From contig OX597821.1 of NCBI GenBank assembly GCA_951406725.2, positions 76,694,001 to 76,758,000 on the forward strand: a stretch of 64,000 nt of DNA, given 5' to 3'. The DNA is from Octopus vulgaris (Eukaryota). Within the stretch, counting starts at the first letter, position 1. Each line of letters starts with the position of its first letter. The notes under the pieces were generated by a model. It had not been told where the DNA came from, made no database searches, and worked only from the letters and a program-made list of their open reading frames with translations. The position numbers and the translations under genes are program-made. Positions 61,613 through 64,000 of this stretch are shown in pieces.

Positions 61613-62133
61613 TGCCTCGGTTTACAAACGAAAGCATTAATAGCGAGGGGTGTAAAAGGAAAGAAATTTATATTGGCAGAATAAAATAGAAAAACAAAAA
61701 TAGGAACAAACTAAAGGTTTTTTTTTTTTTCTCTCAGCTTAAGAACATCAACAAGAACACTGGCAATGCAAATGACGACGACAACAGCAATAACAACAAC
61801 AACAACAATATCTAGTCTTACATAGTAAAAAACCTGATCATAGTAAACGAAGAAGAAGCGAGTGTCTCGTGGGAGTTTGTGACGGTTTGTTGGCCAATTT
61901 CTATGATGAAGGCTGCGGGAATGTTTCCAAGGACAATGCAAAGAAAGTATTGATTTCTGTCTCAGTCACAGGCGAAATTGTTGCAGTTGTAAGGTGTAAA
62001 GTTAACCCCTCGCCTGTCCTGCGAATCCCATGTGATATATAGCTGCTGTCCCCAACCTCTTTTGCTCCCACTTAGTGGTTTCATGCAAGACAATTTGATG
62101 ACATGCACTGCTTTCTCACTCAATAATAATAAC

Positions 62134-62198
<65 letters not shown>

Positions 62199-62199
<1 letters not shown>

Positions 62200-62612
62200 T
62201 CAGCGAAAGAGTTTGACAAGCTCAGAAAATATAAAGACCTACTCATTGAAATTGAGAAAATGTGGCATCTCAAGGCGGTTACAATACCAGTGATCGTAGG
62301 AGCACTAGGAATGATCAAGAAGGGAACCGAAAATTATATGAGAATGATCCCTGGCTTACCATCCCTGCAAGAAGTGCAAAAGATTGTCTTAACTGGTACA
62401 TCACACGTATTGAGAAGAGCATTGTCGATGTGAGAACTGTTGCTGCTCATGTATTTTAATTTAACTTAAAAAAAAAAAAAAAAAAATTGAACGAACTATT
62501 GAGTTTGGTTTAATGGCCTACCAATGTATACTATGAGTTTCTTTGCCCTAGGAGTCGGGAAGACACTCGGCAAGAAATGGAAGCAAATTTGAAAGAAGAA
62601 AAAAAAAATGAT
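62199..62612 (+). mobile_element. 5'-truncated Dong/R4-type element embedded in (AAT)n
   Basis: KEFDKLRKYKDL..EI.KMW...IPVIVGALG C-terminus; (AAT)n on both sides. Confidence 0.88.
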
Positions 62613-62613
62613 G

Positions 62614-62677
<64 letters not shown>

Positions 62678-62774
62678 TAATAGTAATATCCTTTCTACTA
62701 AAAGCACAAGACTTTTAGTAGAAACGAGTAACCTAACGAAACAAAAAAAATGCATGGATATTATTTATTACATA

Positions 62775-62997
62775 CAGGGGCGGCCCAAAAGTAGGTTTGC
62801 AGTTATTCAACTATTTCTTTCACATTCATATATTAACAGTTTAGATCTTAATTAGAAAAAATATATGGAACCATTATTCTATGTTAATTTAGTTAATTTA
62901 ATTAATTGTAGGATAGAAATTTAAATGTAATGAAATGTTTTAAAAGAAATTTAAAGTGCCTACGTGATAACCGTAAACCTACTTTGGGCCGTGACTG
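62775..62997. mobile_element. Tc1-type MITE
   Basis: TIRs cag..gcggcccaaaagtaggttt / aaacctactttgggccgt..ctg. Confidence 0.75.
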
Positions 62998-63061
62998 CGT
63001 GTGTATCGTAGGCGATTTTTTTCCCTCCGTCTTCCGTTCCTTGGATCTTTACTTTTTCTAT

Positions 63062-63096
63062 GTTTCTGATGAAGAGTTCCGCTCGAAACGTTAAAT
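63062..63096 (+). ncRNA. Minimal hammerhead ribozyme of a second Penelope pLTR-like family
   Basis: gttt CTGATGA a gag-ttccg-ctc GAAACGTT aaat. Confidence 0.72.
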
Positions 63097-63212
63097 CTTT
63101 CTTCTTTCTTTCCTTTCTTGAGCGTCCAATAACACTATGCTTGTTCCGCGTCCTCGCATTGTTGTATTTTCTCTTTATGTTTTCATGTTTGGATTAACTA
63201 TGTATGTATATA

Positions 63213-64000
63213 TACGAGGGGCATTCAATAAGTAATGCCCCTGACCCACTTCCCATAGCAGTAGAGCAACGACACTTGGCACAGTTATTAGTCTTCTTTT
63301 ACATAGGAACCACCCAGAGTTACGCATTTCTCCCATCATTTGATGCAGCTCTAGAGACTGTTTTTGTAGAAGACCCCAGCTTGGTCCTCCAACCACGACC
63401 TGACTTCAGAAATCAAGGCTGCATCATCTGGGAAACGCTTTCCTTTCAAAAACAACTTCATGGGTGGGAAGAGGTGAAAATCCGAGGGTGCAAGGTCAGG
63501 AGAGAAGGGGGATGGGGAGGAGTTCATAGCCGCACGCCTGTGCTTCTGATCTGGCGACCATCGAGTTGTGGACCGGAGCGTTGTCCTGCAGGAGGAGGAT
63601 ACCTTTGCTGATCTTGCCCCGCCTCTTGATTTTGATAGCTTCTCTTAATTTCCTCAAAAGTGAAGCATAATAGGCTCCTGTAATTGTGGTACCCTTTGCC
63701 AGGAAATCTGTCATCACTACTCCGTCCTGGTCCCAGAAGAATGTGAGCATGACCTTGCCAGCGGAGGGCTGCACCCTTGCCTTCTTTGGAGGAGGTGAGT
63801 CACGGTGTTTCCACTGCATTGACTGGGCTTTGGTCTCTGGATCATGGTGATGGATCCAGGTTTCATCTTGTGTAATCAGTCTTTTGAAAAATTTTGACTC
63901 ATCTTCATGGCACATCTCCAAATTCATCCTCGAGCACTCGACGCGTTCTTGCTTCTGGAAAGGTGTGAGCAACATGGGAATCCATCTGGCAGACACCTTT
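63213..64000 (-). mobile_element. Mariner (DD34D) transposon, 3' half, frameshifted; continues past the window
   Basis: WIP..L, ITQDETW, LLQDNAPVH, SPDLAPSDFHLF; TIR tacgaggggcattcaataagt. Confidence 0.93.

Overview
AT-rich, microsatellite- and SINE-dense eukaryotic genomic DNA. The repeat repertoire resembles Octopus (cephalopod) genomes; this is inferred from recognition, not from a search. Almost all entries in the supplied ORF track are spurious translations of repeats. (1) A + strand spliced gene not visible in the ORF track: nine phase-compatible exons (9559-28595; 349 aa plus stop) encode a protein-kinase fold whose catalytic motifs are lost (HRD->FLA, DFG->NFH, no Gly loop), i.e. a pseudokinase; further candidate exons lie upstream. 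(2) An intronless 208-aa multi-TM ORF (41200-41826) with possible remote BAP29/BAP31 similarity, enclosed by an inverted repeat and preceded by a MITE carrying octamer and CCAAT motifs. (3) A diverse mobilome: tRNA-derived SINEs of several types, CR1, RTE, Tx1/L1 and R4/Dong-type LINE relics, Penelope-like relics, Tc1/mariner elements, MITEs and a Helitron. Most notable are a palindromic tRNA-headed element carrying a minimal hammerhead ribozyme (26280-27364, 12-bp TSD), a SINE sharing its 3' tail and apparent target site with a Tx1-like LINE, and an ORF1-only retroelement inserted into a SINE head. All alignments were done by eye; repeat boundaries are approximate.
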